A stretch of DNA of 32,000 nt from Vibrio phage phi 3. The translations under genes were made by a program, and so were the position numbers. The stretch's first letter is position 1; every line of letters starts with the position of its first letter. Location of the stretch: the sequence record KP280063.1. The stretch is one strand, 5' to 3'. The notes beneath the pieces were generated by a model, which saw only the letters and a program-made list of their open reading frames with translations, was not told the DNA's origin and did no database searches. Below, one piece after another: positions 1-8,749 of the stretch.

Positions 1-318
1 GATAGACTGAGAAAGTTGCAGACCTGAGTACACGATGCCCGCTTTTGCTACTTCACGCACATTCTCGTTTTCAACACCGCGAAGTTCGATGATCAACTGA
101 ACCAGTTGAGCACAGAAGACGTCTGAAACCGCAGATTTCAACGCTACGTCTACTGGATTTTCCATCTTGAAAATCTTCATGCCTAGCTTTTGCACGAAAG
201 TTGGCTGGAACATCAAGTTAAGCAGTGGGCGGCACGCTTCCTTGATTACTTTGTTTGATGCACGGCCAGCGTTTAGATAGCCTACTTCTTTTAGAGCATC
301 TTTGTTTACATTGATCAT
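1..318 (-). CDS. hypothetical protein, N-terminal part (gene runs off window start)
   Basis: Minus-strand frame opens at ATG 318-316 (MINVNKDALKEVGYLNAGRASNK...) and stays open to coordinate 1. No recognisable motif. Confidence 0.5.
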   Translation of the reverse strand, partial: MINVNKDALKEVGYLNAGRASNKVIKEACRPLLNLMFQPTFVQKLGMKIFKMENPVDVALKSAVSDVFCAQLVQLIIELRGVENENVREVAKAGIVYSGLQLSQSI

Positions 319-326
319 GTTTGTTG

Positions 327-836
327 CTACTGATTTTTCATTTCTTCTGTCTCTTCTGTAGTTTGTTTGATTGGGCTGCCTGTTAGCGGCTGTTCAGGTT
401 TTGACACCTTAGTGATGTTTTGTGCAAAATAGTCTACTTCTTCAGCCGACTTGCTGATTGGCTCCTTAGTAGTGTTTATTAGATGCACTAGCTCATTGTA
501 TGCACGAAGCATGCCATCCGTAGTCAAGGAGTTAGGGAACACTGGCATTAGGTTGTAAATACTAACTGCGTAAGACTTCATATCAACTAGACTTACAACT
601 GTAGCGCGATTTCCATCCCTGCTAGTAGGGATGCATAGCACTGGGTCTTCCTCTTCGTCTATATGCATAAAGAGGACTTTACCCCTACTGCTTGTGTTTG
701 TGAAGCCAGCCCAGTAGTCAAACCTTTGTGGGTATGAAAACCCGTGTTTTGATGGGGCTGTTTTAGCCCATCTGTAGAAATCAGAATCTGTCCACAGATT
801 AGTAGGTGCTGTGATAGACGCAGCTATCTTTTCCAT
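327..836 (-). CDS. hypothetical protein
   Basis: 169-aa ORF with ATG start, packed tightly against its neighbours. No motif recognised. Confidence 0.6.
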   Translation of the reverse strand: MEKIAASITAPTNLWTDSDFYRWAKTAPSKHGFSYPQRFDYWAGFTNTSSRGKVLFMHIDEEEDPVLCIPTSRDGNRATVVSLVDMKSYAVSIYNLMPVFPNSLTTDGMLRAYNELVHLINTTKEPISKSAEEVDYFAQNITKVSKPEQPLTGSPIKQTTEETEEMKNQ

Positions 837-915
837 ACTCTGTCAAAGTCGGCTAGGATGCTGTTCGTCAGATATAACGCGCGCTTCCTCATTTCTACGT
901 TAGTTACTGTATTAC

Positions 916-1290
916 TCAATTTCTTTTTTCCTTCTTCTCTAAAAAATCTGAGATTATTTTATCAGATTCTATAGGCTCACGCAAAACAAAAAATATATTT
1001 TTTGCGTTTGGGAACGCATCAGAGAATGACCAGACATTTGTATTAAATACTAAAGTTACTTTATCTGGATTTAGCTCTGCTAGGCACTGACGGTAGTAAA
1101 CCTCTTCTAGTTGTGGTCGCTCCCACAGTATTGAGGATACTAACGCCTCTCTGTAGCACAAAGTATCTAGCTGGTTAGCAATATCTCTAGCAAGGGCTAT
1201 TCTTGTAAATGCAAAGAATAGTAGCCCTACTAGCACAGCAACTGATGCAGCCCAGCCAAGATCGATTTTAAGATTCAAGGAACCTTTCAT
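916..1290 (-). CDS. hypothetical membrane protein
   Basis: 124-aa ORF with an N-terminal hydrophobic helix (WAASVAVLVGLLFFAFTRIAL). Confidence 0.6.
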   Translation of the reverse strand: MKGSLNLKIDLGWAASVAVLVGLLFFAFTRIALARDIANQLDTLCYREALVSSILWERPQLEEVYYRQCLAELNPDKVTLVFNTNVWSFSDAFPNAKNIFFVLREPIESDKIISDFLEKKEKRN

Positions 1291-1299
1291 ATATTTATT

Positions 1300-1461
1300 T
1301 TAGTCCTCCAGCTCTGCTTCGTCTTTACACTTATAGGATAGTTCTCTTTCACACTGTACTCCGTCCCTGTACCCCTGGGAATAGGCTCTACAGTACGTGG
1401 CTAATAACGCCATGAAAACAAGGATTATAAGTATTAGGCAAGCTATTCCAACCCATGACAT
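1300..1461 (-). CDS. small hypothetical membrane protein (53 aa)
   Basis: Hand-translated ORF below the track cutoff: MSWVGIACLILIILVFMALLATYCRAY... It has one TM helix and fills the gap between flanking genes. Confidence 0.4.
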   Translation of the reverse strand: MSWVGIACLILIILVFMALLATYCRAYSQGYRDGVQCERELSYKCKDEAELED

Positions 1462-1473
1462 GACCTACACCGC

Positions 1474-1698
1474 TTACGCTTTATTTAAAGTACAGAAGGT
1501 AACACAAGCGTAATACAATGTAGCCTGATTGATGGCAGTTCTTTCCCACGAGTCTGGGATTAGCCAATGCCACTTTCCTTCCAACAATTGTTCTGCGACA
1601 AGAATAATGTTGTCTCTATGTGTAGACTCCAAAAATTCCGCCACTTGTTTTGCATCAAGAGTTATTGGGTTTTTTACCAAACCTACCTGCTCGTTCAT
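1474..1698 (-). CDS. hypothetical protein
   Basis: The track ORF starts at TTG 1704. ATG 1698 follows AAAGGAG, so the start is uncertain. Confidence 0.55.
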   Translation of the reverse strand: MNEQVGLVKNPITLDAKQVAEFLESTHRDNIILVAEQLLEGKWHWLIPDSWERTAINQATLYYACVTFCTLNKA

Positions 1699-1805
1699 AA
1701 ACAACGGTCTCCTTTCTGCTTTTTCTCGCCTCTATAGTTCTCAGGGTGAGCTGCTGAGTAGAGGTAGCCTCAGCAGACCCTTGCTTGTTTAGTTTTGGTA
1801 TGTAA

Positions 1806-2186
1806 CTAATTGTTGATATTACTAACAATCCAATTAAGAATAGTCTCACGTTTAGCTACTTTCCCCGTCTTGTTAAATGCTATCAAAACCCATTCTCGGC
1901 AATGACGAGCACCGCCAAAACGATACACAGTACCAAAGAACTCTTCTCTAGATAGAGTCTCAACTACCGGCTGTTTAGCAAAATCAACGGTACCAAACAC
2001 CTGTTTTACTGACTTGCGGAAGGTATTATTAGATACCGTGATTCCTAGCAAATCCGAAATGAAGGCTTTATCTAACCAGCCGCTGCTAGTAAGGTAAGCC
2101 TCCTGGATATGAGGCGGAAAGGTCATTTCATGACCCAAGTAGGGCTTGATATTGTCTTCAAGGAACTTTTCTACTACGTTCGCCAT
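1806..2186 (-). CDS. hypothetical protein
   Basis: 126-aa ORF with ATG start. Confidence 0.6.
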   Translation of the reverse strand: MANVVEKFLEDNIKPYLGHEMTFPPHIQEAYLTSSGWLDKAFISDLLGITVSNNTFRKSVKQVFGTVDFAKQPVVETLSREEFFGTVYRFGGARHCREWVLIAFNKTGKVAKRETILNWIVSNINN

Positions 2187-2395
2187 CCAGATACCCCCTT
2201 GGTATCGTATTCATAATCTTGAAGCAACCTACTTGCTTCAATATAAGCGTTAACACATGAAATGTATATATACATTGACCCGACATTCCAGCTTAGCAAC
2301 TCTACTAATCCAAGGATAAACCAGCTAATTAGTAGTAGTCTATCCATTAATACCATTACAGGTATATACTTCTTACCGTACTTTTTGTTTGCCAC
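2174..2395 (-). CDS. hypothetical membrane protein
   Basis: 73-aa ORF with GTG start and a hydrophobic segment (IPVMVLMDRLLLISWFILGLVELL). Confidence 0.5.
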   Translation of the reverse strand: MANKKYGKKYIPVMVLMDRLLLISWFILGLVELLSWNVGSMYIYISCVNAYIEASRLLQDYEYDTKGVSGWRT

Positions 2396-2675
2396 GGGAC
2401 TTCTCCATAGTACGAACCTTACGCTCAGCCATTACGAGCTTAGTACGAGTATCCAGAAGCTCTTTCTGAGCCTTGCGCAGCTCGTCTTCTAGGCTTGCGA
2501 ACGCATTGCCACGCTCTTTGATTTGGTCGAACAAGATCCATAAAGCTGGTTTGGTAAACTTATTCAACTCTTGAGAGTGGTCTTGTAGGTTAAGCATTAG
2601 AGCTAGGGTATATACTAACTCTTCTTTGCTGTAGTCATGTTCTGAAACAATTACATCGTCTTTTTGTTTAGCCAT
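2373..2675 (-). CDS. hypothetical protein (charged, helical)
   Basis: 100-aa ORF. An AAAGGA RBS lies 7 nt upstream of the ATG, and the gene has its own promoter. Confidence 0.6.
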   Translation of the reverse strand: MAKQKDDVIVSEHDYSKEELVYTLALMLNLQDHSQELNKFTKPALWILFDQIKERGNAFASLEDELRKAQKELLDTRTKLVMAERKVRTMEKSRGKQKVR

Positions 2676-2706
2676 GTTTCTGTCCTTTCTTTTACTTTAG
2701 AAAACA

Positions 2707-2735
2707 ATTATACCGAGTTTTTAGTTAAAAAGCAA
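2707..2735 (-). promoter_or_regulatory. sigma70-type promoter
   Basis: Minus strand reads TTGCTT, 17 nt, TATAAT. It sits about 32 nt upstream of ATG 2675. Confidence 0.7.
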
Positions 2736-2743
2736 TTTCTAAA

Positions 2744-3784
2744 TTAAGAAAATAGCTCAATAAGTTGCTTTAAGCCTACGATGGTTAGCTTATTCCAGTC
2801 AACATCGCAGGTTAACTGAGACGAAATTGCATCAATATAAGGTTTTTTGAGTCTGCCAGAAGGCATCTCAATTACTACTTCTTGCTCTACCAGTGAAGGT
2901 AGGAACATACGTAACTTGACTAAATCTTCAGCAGTTAGCTTTAAGAGGTCGTCTAGCCCGTCAGAAAGACCAAACATATCTCGAATTTCTAGCAAGTAGT
3001 CAGCTTTGGTTGCTTTTTTCTTAGGGGCAGAAGTGGCTGTGCCAGATTTTTTGACTCCCATCTTCTTTTCAAGCTTAGCTCGCAACTTGATGGCTTCTTC
3101 TGAGTCTGGGTGTCTAGCCAGATTCAGTAGTTCTGCTGACTTAATACCAAAGTGGTCACACATTTGTCTGTAGAATCTATCGCCCATAAAAGGTGGCTCC
3201 CCTCGTTTTGTCCAGATACTGTAAGCGTCCCACTGAACCTTGCCTAGCTTGTGGGCATCTTTGTAGTGGATGTTTAACTCTTCAAACCACACATCTGTCA
3301 TGTGTCGTTTATCTACTATGTAGTAGAGTCGATAGACGTCCACAATAGTTAGCGTCGTAAACGACGCTGGTACATCCCAGTTAGCACCAGACTTCAACCA
3401 ATCTGCTGTAGCGTTGGCGAAAGGTGTTCTAGTAGGTGGCTGATGGTACTTTTCCGGAGTTCTTGGTAGCTCACCAGAACGTAACAGGGACGCTATATGA
3501 TACTCACCACCAAAGCGGAACTCCGCCTCTTCCACCAGAGCCATAGTTAAGTCCCATAGCCATTGGTAGTTTAGTAGCCCTTCAATCACCCACTTAGTAC
3601 AAGGGTGATTGGGGTACGCTTCTTTATACTCAGAACCACTAGCATTGATAGGCACTGGATTGCCATAGTACATCAAAGCTGTGCAAAGCATTTGCACACT
3701 CTCTTTCATTTGAGAGATTACATGTTTATCGCAATGATATTGCGCTGCTAGTTTTGGGTTTGTGTCTAGAACAAAAATATTCAC
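2744..3784 (-). CDS. conserved phage protein of unknown function
   Basis: 346-aa ORF with GTG start after AAAGGAG. The N-terminus MNIFVLDTNPKLAAQYHCDKHVISQMKESVQML resembles a recurrent phage/virus N-terminal motif that I cannot name. A Lys-rich linker (KKSGTATSAPKKKATK) separates N- and C-terminal parts. Confidence 0.7.
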   Translation of the reverse strand: MNIFVLDTNPKLAAQYHCDKHVISQMKESVQMLCTALMYYGNPVPINASGSEYKEAYPNHPCTKWVIEGLLNYQWLWDLTMALVEEAEFRFGGEYHIASLLRSGELPRTPEKYHQPPTRTPFANATADWLKSGANWDVPASFTTLTIVDVYRLYYIVDKRHMTDVWFEELNIHYKDAHKLGKVQWDAYSIWTKRGEPPFMGDRFYRQMCDHFGIKSAELLNLARHPDSEEAIKLRAKLEKKMGVKKSGTATSAPKKKATKADYLLEIRDMFGLSDGLDDLLKLTAEDLVKLRMFLPSLVEQEVVIEMPSGRLKKPYIDAISSQLTCDVDWNKLTIVGLKQLIELFS

Positions 3785-3811
3785 TTAAAGTCTCCTTTAA
3801 TTTATAGACTT

Positions 3812-3840
3812 ATTATAGCGAAATGTGTGCATTTTGGCAA
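3812..3840 (-). promoter_or_regulatory. sigma70-type promoter
   Basis: Minus strand reads TTGCCA, 17 nt, TATAAT, upstream of GTG 3784. Confidence 0.7.
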
Positions 3841-3850
3841 TATTTTATTT

Positions 3851-4315
3851 TTACCCGCCAGCCGCTAAGACCTCTAATACTTTTAAGTATTTTTCCACCT
3901 TACCATACTTCCTAGTAATCATAGACTGTCGCAGGTTGCAAAGTGCGTCACATCTTTTCACTATAGTTGCTAGACGATCTAGACTTACTCGTCTGATATA
4001 AGTTTCGTATGGAACTTTATCAGATTTTGTCAGGTAATCTACTGACGTGGCAATTTCATCTCCAAAAGACTCACGAATATACTCTATGGTTACAGGAGTA
4101 TCTTCTACAATATCGTGTAACAAAGAAACTATCCTAGCTTTGAGAATATCGTTGATTCTGTATAGGTCTAGTGGCATCTGCCTCATCACCTCAGCTTCTA
4201 CTTCTAAAATATGTGCTGTAAAATAACACTTTCCAGCGTATTTTTGCCCTTTATGTTGCATTTTTGATAGCTGATAGGCTATTTCATATAGTTTTTCTAA
4301 GTCTTCTAGTAACAT
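3851..4315 (-). CDS. HD-domain phosphohydrolase, SpoT/Mesh1-like small alarmone hydrolase candidate
   Basis: Motifs HKGQKY..GKCYFTAH and LLHDIVEDT are typical of the RelA/SpoT hydrolase (HD_4) domain. The protein is a single domain of 154 aa. Confidence 0.75.
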   Translation of the reverse strand: MLLEDLEKLYEIAYQLSKMQHKGQKYAGKCYFTAHILEVEAEVMRQMPLDLYRINDILKARIVSLLHDIVEDTPVTIEYIRESFGDEIATSVDYLTKSDKVPYETYIRRVSLDRLATIVKRCDALCNLRQSMITRKYGKVEKYLKVLEVLAAGG

Positions 4316-4340
4316 AAATAATTCTCCTATTTAAAATCCT

Positions 4341-4370
4341 ATTTTAACACATTTTATAGCCTATAGTCAA
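4341..4370 (-). promoter_or_regulatory. sigma70-type promoter
   Basis: Minus strand reads TTGACT, 18 nt, TAAAAT. The -35 merges with the T-tract of the preceding terminator. Confidence 0.55.
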
Positions 4371-4398
4371 AAAGAAAAAGGAGCCAATTGGCTCCTTT
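4366..4398 (-). terminator. intrinsic terminator after the endolysin gene
   Basis: Minus strand reads AAAGGAGCC-AATT-GGCTCCTTT followed by TTCTTTTT. Confidence 0.8.
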
Positions 4399-4402
4399 AG
4401 TA

Positions 4403-4786
4403 TTACCAACGCCTTGGGGCGTCGTCTTCTATGTCTATGTGTGTAAATGTATCGTACCTACCTATACCATACTTATTAGGGTATGTTTTTTCTAGATAGT
4501 CAGCAACTTTACTTGGTGCAACTCCAGAAACTTGAATATCTGCAGCTACCCCCCACAAGTGCTTAGACCCGGAGTACCTTTCCCCGGCTTTTCTTGGCCT
4601 ACCACCTACTTTCTTGTTGTGTTCTTCACACCTACAGCCAGACGCTATCTTTACAGTAGCACCGTTAAAGTGCTCCTTTAAAGTTACTAGAACTTCTAGC
4701 AATTCTGCATCTACTGTAGAGTAGCCACACCCACACTTACACGCAAACTCTTTCCTAGAGAACCCTCTATTCCAAAGATTACTCAT
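4403..4786 (-). CDS. endolysin, peptidase M15 family (Zn D,D- or L-Ala-D-Glu peptidase type)
   Basis: FSRKEFACKCGCG..., CEEHN, SKHLWGVAADI and FTHIDI match the M15A H/D/H metal-site pattern. The gene follows a holin-like gene with an ATGA overlap. Confidence 0.85.
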   Translation of the reverse strand: MSNLWNRGFSRKEFACKCGCGYSTVDAELLEVLVTLKEHFNGATVKIASGCRCEEHNKKVGGRPRKAGERYSGSKHLWGVAADIQVSGVAPSKVADYLEKTYPNKYGIGRYDTFTHIDIEDDAPRRW

Positions 4787-5454
4787 TATTTTGCCCTCCC
4801 TAAGGCTCTAGCCTGTGGCTCACATATTCTTTCAAGATACTCTTCAAGAGCTTCCTCTTCCTTAGCATCCTGATAAGGAAGTTCTACCCAAGCAATACCC
4901 ACATATCCAGCATAGCTGTTATCTAGGTTGAATATTGGGCAAGTGAACATGTAAGACACATTAAGAGTCTTATATTCTTCTGCATTTGTAACGAACTCCC
5001 CTCTGTACGTTATCTCATTGAACTTTACTGGGTATGTTTTACCTAGTAAATGTTGTTGATACGCTGTACTGCTTCTATCCACAACCCTGTTGGTTAGTTT
5101 GGTAGGGTCTACATTTAGTTTACCTTCCCAAGCTATAATGTTTTGATAGTTGTTAATAAATTTAGGGGTATACTCGGCTATAAATACTGCATCAGAGTTA
5201 GATTGGACGTATAGTATTGCGGCCTTTTCCTTGGATACTTTTGGGTATTGTGCCTCCTGCTCCCCCCGTAGCTGTTGTGCTACAGTGGATTTTGAGAAGT
5301 TTTTAGCAAAGTCCAGGAAAGTGCCCTGATTGGTTATTACTAGGTATGACAGGACTAGTATGAAAGCAGTTGAAACCCTTATAAGGAAAACTTTAGGGTC
5401 TTGAACGTCTTTTAGTAGTGCCAGTAATACGTCTAGTATGGCAAATTTGTTCAT
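4786..5454 (-). CDS. putative holin (large, single N-terminal TMD, T5-Hol-like by position)
   Basis: 222 aa with one N-terminal TM segment (VSTAFILVLSYLVITNQ). The stop overlaps the endolysin start. The function is inferred from synteny only. Confidence 0.5.
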   Translation of the reverse strand: MNKFAILDVLLALLKDVQDPKVFLIRVSTAFILVLSYLVITNQGTFLDFAKNFSKSTVAQQLRGEQEAQYPKVSKEKAAILYVQSNSDAVFIAEYTPKFINNYQNIIAWEGKLNVDPTKLTNRVVDRSSTAYQQHLLGKTYPVKFNEITYRGEFVTNAEEYKTLNVSYMFTCPIFNLDNSYAGYVGIAWVELPYQDAKEEEALEEYLERICEPQARALGRAK

Positions 5455-5476
5455 ACCAGTGTACCTCCAACTACCT

Positions 5477-5505
5477 AGTATATATTAGGTGCATTTAAAA
5501 TGCAA
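5477..5505 (-). promoter_or_regulatory. sigma70-type promoter
   Basis: Minus strand reads TTGCAT, 17 nt, TATACT, upstream of the GGAGG RBS and ATG 5454. Confidence 0.65.
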
Positions 5506-5592
5506 GATATTTCATATAGTTGTTACACATATGCTAATCAATCATCTCATATCACTTAACATCTAGAGAAGTAATAGAGTATCTACTAGTAC

Positions 5593-5632
5593 ATCAAGGC
5601 CGAGATGCCTTGATAGGGCTAGAAGCCCTATC
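5593..5632 (-). terminator. tandem stem-loops 3' of the tail-fibre gene (possible terminator or RNA end)
   Basis: Two adjacent 8-bp hairpins (ATCAAGGC/GCCTTGAT and GATAGGGC/GCCCTATC) begin about 20 nt after the stop. There is no U-tract. Confidence 0.4.
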
Positions 5633-5653
5633 ATTATTAGAAGTGTTGTCATA

Positions 5654-7354
5654 CTAAAGCCCTAGGTAAATAAACTCATACTTGCCAGAATACGCAGGTT
5701 CATTATCTGTTTGGGTAACGCCCCCGTTCATACTAGCAGTGTTCCCACTATAAGTATGGTTATGGGCGGGAAGTGACACAGTGTGGGTATGCCCTGGTAG
5801 AGTAAAGGTATGGTTGTGCTGTAAAGACTGTGAGTCCAGAGATTCATCGCTTGAGCGTCCGACTAAGAATAGGTTTCGCGGCGCTATCATGGCAGCACCA
5901 CTTCCCCCGGATAAGAACCCAGTACCTACATAACATTGATATATGCCCCAGTTATTATCGGAAGAAGCCCACTGAGGTACTTTACCGGCATCGAAACGTG
6001 TACTAGTTGTTCCACCTATATCAGGACTGCCTCCAGTATTACCACTAGTAGCTGCAGAGTTTACCACGGTTCCACTATAGCTTAATGTAACGTTAGGTAA
6101 CGCTGTTCGTGGTAGCTTGAAGTCGCCACCCAACCCAAGGCCAGATCCGCTACCTTGTAACGTTCCCCCAGCAGCCCTAGCGTACCTACCCTGTGTATTA
6201 GGTAGGCTCCCTGATAATCCCAACCAAGTGGCTGCAGTTCTAGCGAAGGCTGGTAAGGTAGATATTGCACGACCATTTAACCTGTACCACCCATCATGGT
6301 CTGCCGATTGGTACGAGAACTTAGTATCTCCAATTGCCAAAGATACACAGTTTTTATCTACGTTAGCATAATCACCATTTACTCTTCGGCATGCTTTTGT
6401 GTTTAAACACAACCAATACCAGCCAGACCCCTGACCCTCATTAGACTCCTTATAGAAGAAGGTAAAGCTATCTCTAGCTTGGCGAAGGTGAAAGACACCT
6501 TGATTATGTGCCGTAAAGTCAATAGCAATTCTATCAGTTAAACCTAGCTCGGAGCCGTCTGTAAAAGTGAAGCTGTCCTTGAAAGTACTTGGTATAATAA
6601 ACTGTGGTGGTGTTGGGCTGCTCCAATCGCCGTACCACAAATAGTCACACCCAATAAATATAGTTTGGCCTTCTTTAACTACTTCTGTGTGTTTGTTTAG
6701 TGTTACTTCTTTGTAAGGAAGAACTTTACTACGGAACCAAGGTAGCGTACTACTACCTTTTAGGTCTACTCCAGAGAAGCGAACAAAAAGCTTACTACCT
6801 TTTGCTAGTATGTAGAAGTTTGACTCTACCACCACAGGTTGACCAGAAGCCACTTCGTCTTCTGTAATGTCTCTATGGAAGTCAACCACCGGAGCACCTG
6901 TATCATCGTCACCGATCCAATATTGAGCACGTAGTCTCCCAGAGCTGGCTGGTTTTACCTCAAATGAGTAGGTTAACTTATCTCCAGCAGTGTAGCCTAC
7001 TTGCACTGGCTCCGTGAGTATTGTAGTGTCTATTAAATTAACGTTTAGTACACTGGATTGCCCTAACGCTATAAATTTAGGGTTACTATAACTACCGCCA
7101 TCCTGGTCGAACCTATTTACTAAACATAGAGCATCAGTACCGTCTGCAAGCCTAAAGCCTATAGCCTGAACGGCGTTACTCATACCAAATGCTGACCCTA
7201 GATATACAGTACTTGGTTTAACTTGCAGAGATGCGTCTCCTATAATCATATCCCTAACAGGGTCATACGAAAGCTTCTTTGCCAGTATATCTAGGTTCTT
7301 TTCATCAACTGGAGGCCTATTACCCCCTGATCCATACGCTGGTCCAAATCCCAC
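5654..7354 (-). CDS. tail fibre / receptor-binding protein
   Basis: 566 aa with GTG start after GGAG. The sequence is Gly/Ser/Thr-rich. A collar-like segment (AIGDTKFSYQSADHDGWYRLNGRAIS) is present. C-terminal HxH repeats (HNHTFTLPGHTHTVSLPAHNHTYSG) are typical of phage fibre tips. Confidence 0.8.
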   Translation of the reverse strand: MGFGPAYGSGGNRPPVDEKNLDILAKKLSYDPVRDMIIGDASLQVKPSTVYLGSAFGMSNAVQAIGFRLADGTDALCLVNRFDQDGGSYSNPKFIALGQSSVLNVNLIDTTILTEPVQVGYTAGDKLTYSFEVKPASSGRLRAQYWIGDDDTGAPVVDFHRDITEDEVASGQPVVVESNFYILAKGSKLFVRFSGVDLKGSSTLPWFRSKVLPYKEVTLNKHTEVVKEGQTIFIGCDYLWYGDWSSPTPPQFIIPSTFKDSFTFTDGSELGLTDRIAIDFTAHNQGVFHLRQARDSFTFFYKESNEGQGSGWYWLCLNTKACRRVNGDYANVDKNCVSLAIGDTKFSYQSADHDGWYRLNGRAISTLPAFARTAATWLGLSGSLPNTQGRYARAAGGTLQGSGSGLGLGGDFKLPRTALPNVTLSYSGTVVNSAATSGNTGGSPDIGGTTSTRFDAGKVPQWASSDNNWGIYQCYVGTGFLSGGSGAAMIAPRNLFLVGRSSDESLDSQSLQHNHTFTLPGHTHTVSLPAHNHTYSGNTASMNGGVTQTDNEPAYSGKYEFIYLGL

Positions 7355-7364
7355 CTTAATCTCC

Positions 7365-7694
7365 TTAGGTTAGGTTCTGTACTACTTTTAGTTGGTACGT
7401 CTCAGCACCAACTATAGCCGTAAGTATAGACACTTTAACCTCTGTTACGTTCCCGCCCCAGTTGGCTTCCCCACTAGTGGTAACGTCTATAGTACCATTT
7501 ACAGTGTCAGAGTACCTATTGTTAGTTAGATGTTTGGCCTCAATTTTAACAGAGCCTGCTGTTGGGATTACTTCATCGCCGTTTGTATTGAAAAAGCTTA
7601 CTCCAGCGAAACAATGAGTGTTCTTGGGGCTTACCTGAAGGATTACAGGCAATGATACCAATTGTTTTGGGCTGGTAAATATTAAATAAGACAT
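7365..7694 (-). CDS. hypothetical protein (beta-rich, possibly fibre-associated)
   Basis: 109 aa with a strong GGAGG RBS. It lies immediately upstream of the fibre gene with a 10-nt gap. Confidence 0.55.
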   Translation of the reverse strand: MSYLIFTSPKQLVSLPVILQVSPKNTHCFAGVSFFNTNGDEVIPTAGSVKIEAKHLTNNRYSDTVNGTIDVTTSGEANWGGNVTEVKVSILTAIVGAETYQLKVVQNLT

Positions 7695-7721
7695 ATATTA
7701 CCTCCAGATTTATTTTTCTAT

Positions 7722-7750
7722 ATTATATCAAACACCTGGTCATATGTAAA
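7722..7750 (-). promoter_or_regulatory. sigma70-type promoter
   Basis: Minus strand reads TTTACA, 17 nt, TATAAT. Confidence 0.6.
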
Positions 7751-7783
7751 ATATGTTTATAAAATGTTACATGGTATTGTAAT

Positions 7784-7811
7784 GAAAAAGCCCTGCTCAA
7801 TGGCAGGGCTT
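7784..7811 (-). terminator. intrinsic terminator after the dNMP kinase gene
   Basis: Minus strand reads AGCCCTGC-CATTGA-GCAGGGCT followed by TTTTTCATT. Confidence 0.8.
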
Positions 7812-7814
7812 TTA

Positions 7815-8468
7815 TTAAGCACAATTCAGAGATACGAACTCCCTGACTTTCTCTATATACTCTTCTCTCGATCCGTCGTTGATTATTTTATAGTCTATCA
7901 ACTCTTCCCGTATCCCTTTTTCACTGGCGTGCTCAGTACCTAGGGGCGTGAATAAAGGCCTGGAAACAGATAGTAATATAGCTCCGCTACTTTTAAACCA
8001 TTCGGCTTCATTGTCGAACCTAATATCCGGTATAATAACTCCACTACTGGGAGCCACTTTTAGCCAAATATCATTGTCGATGTGTCTACCCCACTCAGTA
8101 CCAAAGAGTTGGAAAGCTTTCCTAGGAGAGATATAACAAAATACTTGGGAACGTTGCTCATCATAACGTATGTCAAAAAGCTCTATTAACTTTTCCCAAC
8201 AGTCGTGGAAGGCCTCGTACTGGTCTAGTCCGTAATCGTTGTAAAGCATCCCAGCAGCTTCTAGGCTCTCTACTGTAATAGGGTAGAGTAGTACAATTTC
8301 CTTATACGCCCCCTCTCTCCTAGATTCATCCCAGTTAAATAGAGCGCACATTATGTCTTTTATAGGTTTTGCTAATGGCCACTGCTCCATACCAGTTAGA
8401 TTACTTATTTCTTCAGCGGCTGTAGATTTGCCACAACGACCTAGCCCGTTAATTATAATAGACCTCAT
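7815..8468 (-). CDS. deoxynucleoside monophosphate kinase-like P-loop kinase
   Basis: Walker A motif GLGRCGKST at the N-terminus and an IPDIRFDNE motif as in phage dNMP kinases. 217 aa. Confidence 0.65.
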   Translation of the reverse strand: MRSIIINGLGRCGKSTAAEEISNLTGMEQWPLAKPIKDIMCALFNWDESRREGAYKEIVLLYPITVESLEAAGMLYNDYGLDQYEAFHDCWEKLIELFDIRYDEQRSQVFCYISPRKAFQLFGTEWGRHIDNDIWLKVAPSSGVIIPDIRFDNEAEWFKSSGAILLSVSRPLFTPLGTEHASEKGIREELIDYKIINDGSREEYIEKVREFVSLNCA

Positions 8469-8749
8469 TTATTCTCCTTACAAAAATCATACGAAGGCTC
8501 GTAAAAACATACAATACCTTGCAACTCTTTAATATATCTGATAGTGTCTACTGACTGCTCTTTTAATCTTACACCGTCCTCCACATGTAACAAAAGGTAA
8601 GGCTCGTTTGTTGGATGCGGCAGGAACTTAATTTTATGAGTGACTATTGGTGTAGGTTTTTTAGGTGGAACTGGTTTTGGAAGTTCAAGAGGTGCTGGAG
8701 GAGTGGAGGTACACCCAACCAACAGCAGCAATAAGGCTAGTCTTTTCAT
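8465..8749 (-). CDS. o-spanin (outer-membrane lipoprotein)
   Basis: Signal peptide with lipobox (MKRLALLLLLVGC), a Pro-rich mature N-terminus, and a 4-nt overlap with the upstream i-spanin gene. Confidence 0.7.
   Translation of the reverse strand: MKRLALLLLLVGCTSTPPAPLELPKPVPPKKPTPIVTHKIKFLPHPTNEPYLLLHVEDGVRLKEQSVDTIRYIKELQGIVCFYEPSYDFCKENK

Noticed and set aside
1655-1849. 64-aa minus-strand ORF bridging two genes.
   Set aside because: It overlaps both neighbours by 44-50 nt, and its middle is the translation of an 8-bp hairpin (CTGCTGAG/CTCAGCAG, 1751-1776). It is more likely an intergenic structure.
6082-6276. 64-aa minus-strand ORF inside the tail-fibre gene.
   Set aside because: It is an alternative frame entirely within a 566-aa ORF that has clear fibre motifs.
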